From positions 1 to 58,184 of the IMG/VR virus record IMGVR_UViG_3300045988_095259: a stretch of 58,184 nt of DNA; one strand, 5' to 3'. How positions within the stretch are numbered: position 1 is the first letter of the stretch; each line of letters opens with the position of its first letter. Shown piece after piece: positions 23,764 through 31,868 of the stretch. The notes under the pieces were generated by a model that did not search any database, was not told the origin of the DNA, and saw only the letters and a program-made list of their open reading frames with translations. Source of the DNA: a virus. Position numbers and translations under genes: made by a program.

Positions 23764-25701
23764 TTACAAGTCCTTTCTGACGATAACGGTAATCGGGATT
23801 TCTGCAGTGTTCTTCGTCCCGAATGCCCGCAACGTGAATGTGCTTGCCGTCTGTCCGCCATCTTGTAGCATCAGTGCGTTAAACTGTTCTACCTGCTGCG
23901 CCGTTGCACTGGGCGGAAGCGAAATCTCTATAACGTTGCTTGCGGAGCTGAGAGAATCACAAGGAATTGCCTGCGTATACGGTGCGCTGCTGCCGATCCA
24001 CGATGTGCCAATGGATATGGATGTATCCTTGACGGTTTTTCGGTCAACCATGACCACCTTGCCCATTTTGTTGACTTCGAGCGTCTTATACATATTGGAC
24101 GTGCCTTGCGTCTGTGCTACAGCCCCGACCTCCGATGCAGTATATGTCGGCTTTGTTGCGGCTTTTGCCCATGCAGGAACGCCCGTCAAATCGCCATACG
24201 CGCCGGAGAAGTCGGAAGCTCCGATATTCGACCTTGCCTGTGCTTTCTGTTCCTCCGTGAGCGTCTGCTCCGTATACTTCACATAATCGCCGGCAGCCTG
24301 TACGTTGTCGAGTGCTGCCTTGATAACCCTGTTCTGCACCGGGTTTGTGCTTATGTCGGATAATTCGCTGTCGACCGTTACCGAAGTCCCTGTCCCGTCC
24401 TGACCGTTGTACACGCTGAACGTAGAGGTTGTTTTGTCCGTGTACGTGATGGTGTATGTGTCTGTAGTGCCAGCCGCGCCAGTACCCGCCGTTCTCGTGA
24501 TGGACACAATGCCGCGACCGTCCGCTCCATCCGTTCCGTTGGTGCCGTTCGTACCGTTCGTACCATCCACAATGTCATATTCAAACGTTTTGGACGTATC
24601 GTTCGACAGTCCTACATCGAGTACAAATGCACGTTTCCCTTGACCCTTGTTGACCGCATTGCCGGTCAAGCTTGTAATGCTTGTGCCTGTATCTCCCTTA
24701 TCTCCCTTTGCGCCGCTGATAGAGCCGAGGTTGAGCCACGTATACGCACCGCCGGCAAGCACACATGCATACAAAAGATATGGTGTTGCAGTGCCAACAA
24801 GATATGCGTTACCGGAGTTTGCGGCGGACGCGGCGGGAAGGGCAGAAGTGTTCGCAACAACACCCTTGACGTTGAAAATCTGTCCGTCAATGCCGTTGCG
24901 CACCGAGAATGTGGACGTGGTTTTATCCGTGTACTTAATGGTGTATGTGTCCAGGGAACCCGCGCTGCCGTCTCCGGATGTGCGCTCAATAGTCGAGATA
25001 CCGCGACCGTCTGCAAGCGTGATGTTTTCGCCAGTCGGGAAAAGCGCGATATTCGCATCATCTGGAATGTCTGCTGCTGTTTCTCCGTCTTCGAGAACGT
25101 ACACGCCAGTCGCGCCGCGTTCGCCAGAATCTCCCTTTTCGCCGCGTGGGATACCAAACGCCAACTTTGCGGCAGATTTTGTGCCCACGTTCTCAACGAT
25201 TGCCTGTGCATCGCTGTCAAGCGTTGTGGTGTTTACAACCTCTACAGTTGCCGCAGCGCCGTCAAAGTCACCGGAGTTCTTCGCTTCTTCCAGTGCTTCC
25301 GCAATATCGCTCTGCATCTGCTTCCGTAACTGCTCGTACACGCTCTCCGTTCCGGGAATCGCGTTTGCACCGCGACGAACGATGGTGTTCTGCACCTCCA
25401 TCACGCAGGGAAGTGTGTATTTTCGTTTCACGAGCGTGTTGTCTTCAATGGCATATCCGCTGATAACCATCTTACCAGAACCGGCATTGCGGTACATTTC
25501 AGACGGGACGGTGATTTCATGCCCGGTCAGAACCTCTACCGGAGAACCATACGGAGGATAGAACGTTGCTTTTGCGAGTAGCCCCTCCCACCCGTCGGAG
25601 AACGTAAACGACAGGCGGTCAACACCGACAGAACCGTTTGTACCGAGCCTTACATGAGACGGTTCTATGACAGTGTCGTTAATTTTCAGATTCTGCGTCA
25701 T
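23764..25701 (-). CDS. Baseplate/tail fibre protein (BppU-like N-terminus, collagen-like triplets, internal duplication)
   Basis: AGGAGG lies 6 nt before ATG 25701. Features are FTFSDGWEGLLAKATF, GEKGDSGERGATG, GAKGDKGDTG and GTNGTNGTNGTDGADG. A duplicated ~40-aa unit reads GRGI(S/V)..DTYTI.YTDKTTSTFSV.NG.DG. Confidence 0.85.
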   Translation of the reverse strand: MTQNLKINDTVIEPSHVRLGTNGSVGVDRLSFTFSDGWEGLLAKATFYPPYGSPVEVLTGHEITVPSEMYRNAGSGKMVISGYAIEDNTLVKRKYTLPCVMEVQNTIVRRGANAIPGTESVYEQLRKQMQSDIAEALEEAKNSGDFDGAAATVEVVNTTTLDSDAQAIVENVGTKSAAKLAFGIPRGEKGDSGERGATGVYVLEDGETAADIPDDANIALFPTGENITLADGRGISTIERTSGDGSAGSLDTYTIKYTDKTTSTFSVRNGIDGQIFNVKGVVANTSALPAASAANSGNAYLVGTATPYLLYACVLAGGAYTWLNLGSISGAKGDKGDTGTSITSLTGNAVNKGQGKRAFVLDVGLSNDTSKTFEYDIVDGTNGTNGTNGTDGADGRGIVSITRTAGTGAAGTTDTYTITYTDKTTSTFSVYNGQDGTGTSVTVDSELSDISTNPVQNRVIKAALDNVQAAGDYVKYTEQTLTEEQKAQARSNIGASDFSGAYGDLTGVPAWAKAATKPTYTASEVGAVAQTQGTSNMYKTLEVNKMGKVVMVDRKTVKDTSISIGTSWIGSSAPYTQAIPCDSLSSASNVIEISLPPSATAQQVEQFNALMLQDGGQTASTFTLRAFGTKNTAEIPITVIVRKDL

Positions 25702-25852
25702 GCGCATCCTCCTTGTTGATCTCCGCTTTAATCTGGTTCAGCGTTTCCCAGATGGATACCTTGCGATAGCTGTCATCAATGCTGACCGTTGTCATGTGGT
25801 TCAGCCAGTCCGCGCACTTGAAAAGAAGCTGTTCTACCAATTCCTTGTTCAT
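25679..25852 (-). CDS. Hypothetical 57-aa protein
   Basis: ATG 25852 follows AGGAGGT and overlaps the upstream stop as ATGA. Confidence 0.5.
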   Translation of the reverse strand: MNKELVEQLLFKCADWLNHMTTVSIDDSYRKVSIWETLNQIKAEINKEDAHDAESEN

Positions 25853-27075
25853 GATTGTACCTCCTGTGTGACGGAAGAATTGCCGCTTGTAGGGCATATA
25901 TTCTTGCCGTTGTAGTATATCCCGTCCGTGCAAAATACATAGTCGTATTTTGATACGCTTGCCGCGCTGATTGCAGTGGAATACGGCATACTTGCTGTTA
26001 CTCTCGTGTTATAATTGGCGTTTACTGTTGTGTACGTTGCAGAGTACACATACACAGATGTATTTGCGTCAAGCGATATTCCCCCTGCGGAATACAGATA
26101 TATCGCAGGATAATAATCTTCGCCGCCAACGGTAATAGGCCTTGTCATAAGCCTTACTCTGTATCGCGCATCGTTTTCCGCGCCAGAGCCGAGATCTCCG
26201 CCATCCATATACGCAAATACCTGTTCTGTCGGGGTTTTCATGACAAACGACAGTCTGCTTGTGCCGTTCTTATTCCCTTGTTCGGTTACAAGTCTTATTC
26301 TGTTCCCAGATACAACGGTAGACCCGCTGTCCGACAAATCCGCAGCCGTGATAAATTCCGTCTCACCGGAAATCTGGATGTGGTCGGCGGAAATCTTGAT
26401 GGAGCTTGCGGCATTGTTGATAGCTTCCACGATGATTCCTGCCGCAGAAGAATTTAATCCAGTACCTCCGCTGTTCACGAGCAAACCGATTCTCGCGCCG
26501 TTCGCATTCGCTTGCTGTTGTATGGATGATATGGATTCAATCGCGCCGTCAGCCGTTTCCGTTTTCCATGCCGTTATCTGGTCTATAGACGCTTTGTTTG
26601 CGTTTGCCGTCTGCCGTATCCCGGCTATGGACGAAATAGCCGCGTCTGCTGTGTTGCTTTTCCATGACGCAAGGGATGATATGGAGGATTCATTCGCAGA
26701 TACTCTCCCTGTAATGGACGCAATGGAGTCTATTGTATCATCTTTCCATTTGGCATATGCTTCCCATTTCGATTCATTCGCGTTTGCATATGCCTTGAAA
26801 TACGCCATAGCTTCCGTTGTGCCGTCTGACCACTTCTGGAACAACGCCTGTGTGTCTTCTGAGAAGTTATCGAAATCGAGGTTGTACATCATGTCGAGCT
26901 GGTCGCGGTTCTTCTTTGCGATCTCATTCCGCAGCCCCTCCAATTCCTCCTGCATCCTTTTGATGCTGCCGGAATCGCCGACACCCTGCGTTTTTGCGGC
27001 GCGTTTCTCCGCATCGGGGATGGACTGTTGGAGATACGATGGTTTTTTAACTGTCTTTATACACGTCACCCCCAT
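25849..27075 (-). CDS. Tail/appendage protein with coiled-coil-like tandem segments (408 aa)
   Basis: It has repeated segments (SIASITGRVSANESSISSLASWKSNTADAAISSIAGIRQTANANKASIDQITAWKTETADGAIESISSIQQQANANG) followed by a beta-rich C-terminus. The start is uncertain: it has no SD and overlaps the upstream gene by 29 nt. Confidence 0.75.
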   Translation of the reverse strand: MGVTCIKTVKKPSYLQQSIPDAEKRAAKTQGVGDSGSIKRMQEELEGLRNEIAKKNRDQLDMMYNLDFDNFSEDTQALFQKWSDGTTEAMAYFKAYANANESKWEAYAKWKDDTIDSIASITGRVSANESSISSLASWKSNTADAAISSIAGIRQTANANKASIDQITAWKTETADGAIESISSIQQQANANGARIGLLVNSGGTGLNSSAAGIIVEAINNAASSIKISADHIQISGETEFITAADLSDSGSTVVSGNRIRLVTEQGNKNGTSRLSFVMKTPTEQVFAYMDGGDLGSGAENDARYRVRLMTRPITVGGEDYYPAIYLYSAGGISLDANTSVYVYSATYTTVNANYNTRVTASMPYSTAISAASVSKYDYVFCTDGIYYNGKNICPTSGNSSVTQEVQS

Positions 27076-28528
27076 ACGAAATCATAAGCTCCGCCGCATG
27101 AATGATAGCCTTGCCGTGTCCGCATATCCGCAGACGGTGGCAGAACGCGCCAAACCCACGCAGCATACCGCGCATTTCCTGAAGACCGCTCCTGTTGGAT
27201 TCAAGCACTTTTTTACTGGTTGCGGCGTTGAATTTCTCGCCGTCCTTGAGCAGATACGCCGAAACGCTGCTGCCGTGCCATATCTCACCGAGAAGCGTTA
27301 TCTTTTTCGCGCGTCGTATATCGAGCCGCCCGCCGAACATCAAATCCGTCTCAAACCACCAGTCTCCGTAATCATCGGGGTCAAAAGTGGTGTCCGATGA
27401 ATCCATGTCAAGCTTGTCTGCGTCGGCGGAACGCATCATCACAATATCGCCGTTGTCAAGAAGCCCGTACAAGCCGTTGTCGTTCGCGGCAAACTGTTTT
27501 ACGTTGTGTGCAGGTGCAGAACCGCTCCACGTTCCGTTTCTTAGCCTGTAGAGCGTATTTCCTATCTGGGCATACAAAGAATCCTTATACCCACCTAAGA
27601 CCGTTCCTGTAAAGCTCTGTAGCCCCAGGAAGGTGCTCACAAGCTTCGGGGTGCCGCCGCCAAATGCATACACGCCATCAGAAGACGCAAAATACAGCAC
27701 ACCATTTGCTTCTGCGATGGCATACGGATTGTCCGCACCATACGCACCAACATCCACAACGCGGAACGGATTCTTGTTGTTGTAGACGAGCTGCATGAAG
27801 TCTTTTTTGAACAGCACCACATGATTGTCGTAGGTGTATATTCCGGTAAACTCTCCGTCAGCCTTAACGTTGGATTGGCTCATGGACACCCATGCGTGAG
27901 CAGAGGACGTATCATCGGCGGTATCCAAATCCCAATTGGCATAGTCGTTATAAGCGGACGCATACACAAGGTTGCTGTCCACGCCAAACACGCGAGATCC
28001 GTACACGGATGCCATGTGTAGGTTGGGATATGTCGTGCCCAGAGTGGAGATTGGATTGCTTGCGGCGGGACGGAAGTCCATCGATACGCAGTCGGGGAAT
28101 ACAAGCAGCTTTCGCTCAAACGTGGACGCAACGATGTTTTCCGTGTTCTTTGCCACGTTGAATTGCACCACACTCCTCTTCCGCAGATCGAGCGTGTCGT
28201 TCTTCGCATCTCCGATAACGCCTGTACGGATGTCGTTGCCGCATCGCCAGTCCAGTTTGATTTTGCCGGAATCGCGGTATATCACAACAAGGAAATCATC
28301 AAATCCGAATAGCCCTATAGGCTCTGCGTAGTGCGCATACGGCGTAAACTTGTGCGATACCGTGATGTTCGGCGGGTCAATCTCCACACCGTCACAGTCG
28401 GAAATCTGTCCGCTGTCAATGGTGTCCGTGCGATTGATACCGCCCCAGCCCCACCGGAGAATGCTGTACCGTTTTTCGGCAGACGGCAGAAACGAATTGA
28501 GGTAGGAATACTCTTTCTTATCTGCCAT
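27047..28528 (-). CDS. Putative tail (nozzle/tubular or hub) protein, beta-rich (493 aa)
   Basis: This is a large ORF between the connector-like genes and the fibre module. I recognise no motif, so the call is positional. Confidence 0.7.
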   Translation of the reverse strand: MADKKEYSYLNSFLPSAEKRYSILRWGWGGINRTDTIDSGQISDCDGVEIDPPNITVSHKFTPYAHYAEPIGLFGFDDFLVVIYRDSGKIKLDWRCGNDIRTGVIGDAKNDTLDLRKRSVVQFNVAKNTENIVASTFERKLLVFPDCVSMDFRPAASNPISTLGTTYPNLHMASVYGSRVFGVDSNLVYASAYNDYANWDLDTADDTSSAHAWVSMSQSNVKADGEFTGIYTYDNHVVLFKKDFMQLVYNNKNPFRVVDVGAYGADNPYAIAEANGVLYFASSDGVYAFGGGTPKLVSTFLGLQSFTGTVLGGYKDSLYAQIGNTLYRLRNGTWSGSAPAHNVKQFAANDNGLYGLLDNGDIVMMRSADADKLDMDSSDTTFDPDDYGDWWFETDLMFGGRLDIRRAKKITLLGEIWHGSSVSAYLLKDGEKFNAATSKKVLESNRSGLQEMRGMLRGFGAFCHRLRICGHGKAIIHAAELMISYGGDVYKDS

Positions 28529-29135
28529 AGCGTTCGTTCCTCTTTGCTGCCCAGATTTTCAAGGATTCAAGCTGTGTGTTGTAGTCATTCAGCCACTTTG
28601 CGGACAGTCCATCTTCGTTTGCAATCTTGTACGCTTCTCCGCGCATTTTCGCGCCCACAAGGTCGAGCCATTCCATAGGCACCATGACGTGTGCAGTTTT
28701 GGTTTCCTCCGTCTTGACAGGCGGTCGCTTGCGGTACACCACAATAAGCTGTTCGGCGTAGATCGGCGCACGTGCGTACAGTTTCCCGTCGTATTTCGTG
28801 TAATACAGCGGCTTTTCCGGATACTCATGTGCAGCAGTCTCGCCGGAACGCTCCAACTCAAGGTAGTCGAGAAACACAGTCACCACATCGTCAAATGAAA
28901 GCGTGTCGCAGTCGCTTGCTACAGGTGCGTCCGAGAGGTCAAGAGCCACCTCGTCAGGTTGGTTGCCAAAATCCACACGGAGAATGTCATACTCCTTGAA
29001 CACTTCGGTGTAGAGGATCTGCTCCACCGTGGAAATCCACCTGTACCAGCTTGCATCGGGAATCACAATGGTAATGTCCGCTTCGTCTTTGACAGTAGCG
29101 ATAAAATCCTTTGCCGTGATACCGGAATCGTACAT
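28518..29135 (-). CDS. Putative head-tail adaptor/connector protein (205 aa)
   Basis: SD GGGAG. It lies two genes downstream of the capsid gene. The call is positional. Confidence 0.65.
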   Translation of the reverse strand: MYDSGITAKDFIATVKDEADITIVIPDASWYRWISTVEQILYTEVFKEYDILRVDFGNQPDEVALDLSDAPVASDCDTLSFDDVVTVFLDYLELERSGETAAHEYPEKPLYYTKYDGKLYARAPIYAEQLIVVYRKRPPVKTEETKTAHVMVPMEWLDLVGAKMRGEAYKIANEDGLSAKWLNDYNTQLESLKIWAAKRNERYGR

Positions 29136-29138
29136 ATC

Positions 29139-29465
29139 TCACACTCCCATAAATCGTTTGCCGTGTACTCTCGCTCCCCATACGGTCTTGTACGCATAGT
29201 CCGCTTCGGCAATTGCGTCTGTGCGTCTGTCTGTATCCTTGGTCAGCAGAAACAGAATGTTGTCCACCACAGCAGGGAAGTATTCATCGTACACCGGAAT
29301 ATCATCGTTCACGGAATACGGTTTCTGATATGCCGTGGTGTATACGAATTTCTTGCCGTATTTGCCTTCAAGGAAGCGAACTGTGGTATCCAGATGCCGT
29401 AGGAATGCCGGTTCTCCGCACGGTTTTTCCGCGCATATCCGGTCAAATATCTCTTTTGTAACCAT
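29139..29465 (-). CDS. Hypothetical head-completion-region protein (108 aa)
   Basis: ATG 29465 is the first start downstream of the 11-bp-stem hairpin. The ORF-track TTG at 29483 lies inside that hairpin. There is no clear SD. Confidence 0.55.
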   Translation of the reverse strand: MVTKEIFDRICAEKPCGEPAFLRHLDTTVRFLEGKYGKKFVYTTAYQKPYSVNDDIPVYDEYFPAVVDNILFLLTKDTDRRTDAIAEADYAYKTVWGARVHGKRFMGV

Positions 29466-29476
29466 ATAAGCAAGGC

Positions 29477-29510
29477 GGGGCAACGGATGTGCTTGCCTGT
29501 CCGTTGCCCC
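29477..29510 (-). promoter_or_regulatory. Perfect 11-bp-stem hairpin just after the major capsid gene (attenuator or mRNA stabiliser)
   Basis: GGGGCAACGGA (29477-29487) pairs with TCCGTTGCCCC (29500-29510) around a 12-nt loop. No strong U-run follows on the minus strand. Confidence 0.6.
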
Positions 29511-29552
29511 CTTTCTCCTGTTTAGATTTTTGCCTTGTTATCGTTGTGCCGA

Positions 29553-30782
29553 TTATCCGCCTGTCGTTGCATCGCAGTTGTACAGCTCGATGCAGCCGCC
29601 CGGATTGTAGCAGATCAGCTCCATGTAGTTTGCAAGCAGCGCGCGGTATTCGGACGTACCCGGCTGGAGAACAAACACAGAACCGTTATAGTCGCAGTAA
29701 TCCCAGTCGGTCTGCCGCAGCTCAAACGTGGAGGTGTCAACGCCCCACATCTTGGTGGACGGCACAAACTGTTCGTTTACAATGGTGGTGATCCGGTTTC
29801 CGGTCACAATATCGTAGCCGACCGCACCGCCGTGGAACTGCCGCTTCTCAACAACGGTGTGCGTAGAGGAACGCATGTACTTTTCATACGCTTCATACGC
29901 CTTATCACCAGCCATGATGAGGTCAATCTCAACGCCGTTGTTGCGGTTCGCCATGCGTACTGCATTGGTCAGTGCGACATCGTCAATGTCATGACCTGCG
30001 TCAATGGAGCGCGGTACGATAATCGGATTGTCGGACTTGGTCAGACCATACAGTTCAGCGGTGGAGCTGTTAAAGATTGCGCCGAGACCAGTGATTTCGC
30101 GTTTGTACGAATTTTGGACGGTCACGAAGCCGTAGTTGGTGGATGTAGTCTGTGCAGTGGCAAGCGTGACGTTGCCGGAAAGCGTGACCTTCTTGTTGGT
30201 GTGGTCGATAGCCTTAATCTGGAGGGAGGAATGAGAAGCATCGAGAGTACCATCGGTCGAACTTGTCGCGGAATACTTGTATACGTCCACCGCAAGACCG
30301 ACCATCATCTTGGAGGTATCGTCTACGGTAAGCTCATTGGTCGCGGAAGCAGCTGCGGTTACATTGGCAAGTACACCGGTGCCGTCACCAAACGCCATAC
30401 GACCTACGTTCCACTTTGCGGCTTCGAAAGACGCCTGAACATTGTCCATAACTGCATCCACCATCGCACCAGGGTCACCTCTGCCGAGACGGACGGTCTT
30501 GTTGGATACGCGCATATCGACATACGCATCCTTGGAGGTCAGCACAAAGTTTTCATAAATCGGCGCGTGTGCGTTCGGGGTAGCTACACACTCCTGCGAC
30601 ATACCAAAGCCGCCGCCGATACCGATACGCGCGCCGAAACGTGCTTCATTCGCCGCAAGCTTGGTCTTCTTGATTTTCTCCAGAAACGGGGAAGCCTGAA
30701 TGTTGAGCTCGTTGTTGTACCAGGGGAGAACGTCCTCCACAAGCACTTTCTCGATGTTGATTAAATCCTGAGTTTTCTGCAT
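29553..30782 (-). CDS. Major capsid protein (HK97-fold type)
   Basis: SD AGGAG. The 409-aa ORF directly follows the scaffold-like gene and portal. The sequence resembles phage capsid families (ASPFLEKIKK...GIGGGFGMSQE...). Confidence 0.82.
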   Translation of the reverse strand: MQKTQDLINIEKVLVEDVLPWYNNELNIQASPFLEKIKKTKLAANEARFGARIGIGGGFGMSQECVATPNAHAPIYENFVLTSKDAYVDMRVSNKTVRLGRGDPGAMVDAVMDNVQASFEAAKWNVGRMAFGDGTGVLANVTAAASATNELTVDDTSKMMVGLAVDVYKYSATSSTDGTLDASHSSLQIKAIDHTNKKVTLSGNVTLATAQTTSTNYGFVTVQNSYKREITGLGAIFNSSTAELYGLTKSDNPIIVPRSIDAGHDIDDVALTNAVRMANRNNGVEIDLIMAGDKAYEAYEKYMRSSTHTVVEKRQFHGGAVGYDIVTGNRITTIVNEQFVPSTKMWGVDTSTFELRQTDWDYCDYNGSVFVLQPGTSEYRALLANYMELICYNPGGCIELYNCDATTGG

Positions 30783-30842
30783 GATTTTTACTCCTATCTG
30801 TGTGTAGTGTGTGTATTTGCATCTGATCAGATGTATTGTGGC

Positions 30843-31868
30843 TTATCGCACAAAGCGTCTCATTGCTCTTTCGCGGATGTCTTCAAACGACTTTGGCTTG
30901 CTTTCCGGGATGGGGCTTGCATTGCCTGTGCCGGAGGACGGTGCAATGGTCGGGATTTCGGCGTTCTGCTTCTGGATTTCCGTTGCACGTTTCGTTTCCA
31001 GAGCTTTCATCACCTCAGGGGAAGCGAGTGCCTTTTGCACAAGCTCTTCCGTGGTAATCTCATGCGGCTGTAAATTGCTCATGCCACGGTCGATAAGCCC
31101 GCCGAGCATATAGCGCGTGGCTGCATCTACTCCATTGAGAGCAGGTGTAGCTGCGATAATGCGCTCAATATCCGCATCGCGGTCGCGGAACGATGCAAAG
31201 CGCGGATCGGCATAAACTGTAGCCTTTGCAGCATCGTTTTCGGCGATTCTGCGTTTTGCTTCGTACTCATCACGCACCGGGGCGATTTCACTCCGTGCTG
31301 CTTCTGTTGCCCGGCGGATGGCGTAATCCACTACAGACTGCTGCCAATCCGCCATTTTTTGCGCCTGTTCTTCCTCCGACATATACCGCATGCTCGCAAA
31401 GTCAAGCGTGGGCGCAATGTCTTCGGCGGTCTGCTGTGCCTGCGGAGCTGCTTCCGGCGTAAACCGGCTCATAATACCGCTTTCCGCCGCCTGAGACTGC
31501 TGTTGCATGGCGTTGCTGGTCTGCTGTAGCTGTGCTTGTAGCTGCTGATTCTGAGACATAAGCTGCTGTACAAGCATCATCAAGTCGCTGCTCTGATTCG
31601 TGGGCTGCGGCTGATTTGCTGTGGGAACGTTGTCAGGCGCGGTCTGTTCCTGTGGCGGAACATCCACATCAGGTGCAGCCGTCTGAGGTTCCGGTTCAGT
31701 CTGCGGAGCATTTGCATTTTCTGCCTCCTGTGCTGCGTTTTCGGCTACTGCTGCCGATTCTTCGGCGGCATTTGCCGCTTCGTTGGCTCTGTCCTCACCC
31801 ATAAGAGCTTGCTCCATGGCGGCGCGGATAGAATCCATTGTCACTTCTTTGCTTTCGTTATTGTCCAT
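30843..31868 (-). CDS. Scaffolding protein (Ala/Gln/Glu-rich, helical)
   Basis: AAGGAGGTG lies 9 nt before ATG 31868. The gene sits between portal and capsid and has low-complexity helical composition. Confidence 0.7.
   Translation of the reverse strand: MDNNESKEVTMDSIRAAMEQALMGEDRANEAANAAEESAAVAENAAQEAENANAPQTEPEPQTAAPDVDVPPQEQTAPDNVPTANQPQPTNQSSDLMMLVQQLMSQNQQLQAQLQQTSNAMQQQSQAAESGIMSRFTPEAAPQAQQTAEDIAPTLDFASMRYMSEEEQAQKMADWQQSVVDYAIRRATEAARSEIAPVRDEYEAKRRIAENDAAKATVYADPRFASFRDRDADIERIIAATPALNGVDAATRYMLGGLIDRGMSNLQPHEITTEELVQKALASPEVMKALETKRATEIQKQNAEIPTIAPSSGTGNASPIPESKPKSFEDIRERAMRRFVR

Noticed and set aside
21149-25561. Long + strand ORFs opposite the fibre genes (264 aa at 21149..21943 and 304 aa at 24647..25561)
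   Set aside because: They are Ala/Ser/Pro/Val-rich shadows of collagen-like Gly-X-Y coding sequence. The minus-strand genes have SDs, tight operon spacing and recognisable fibre motifs.
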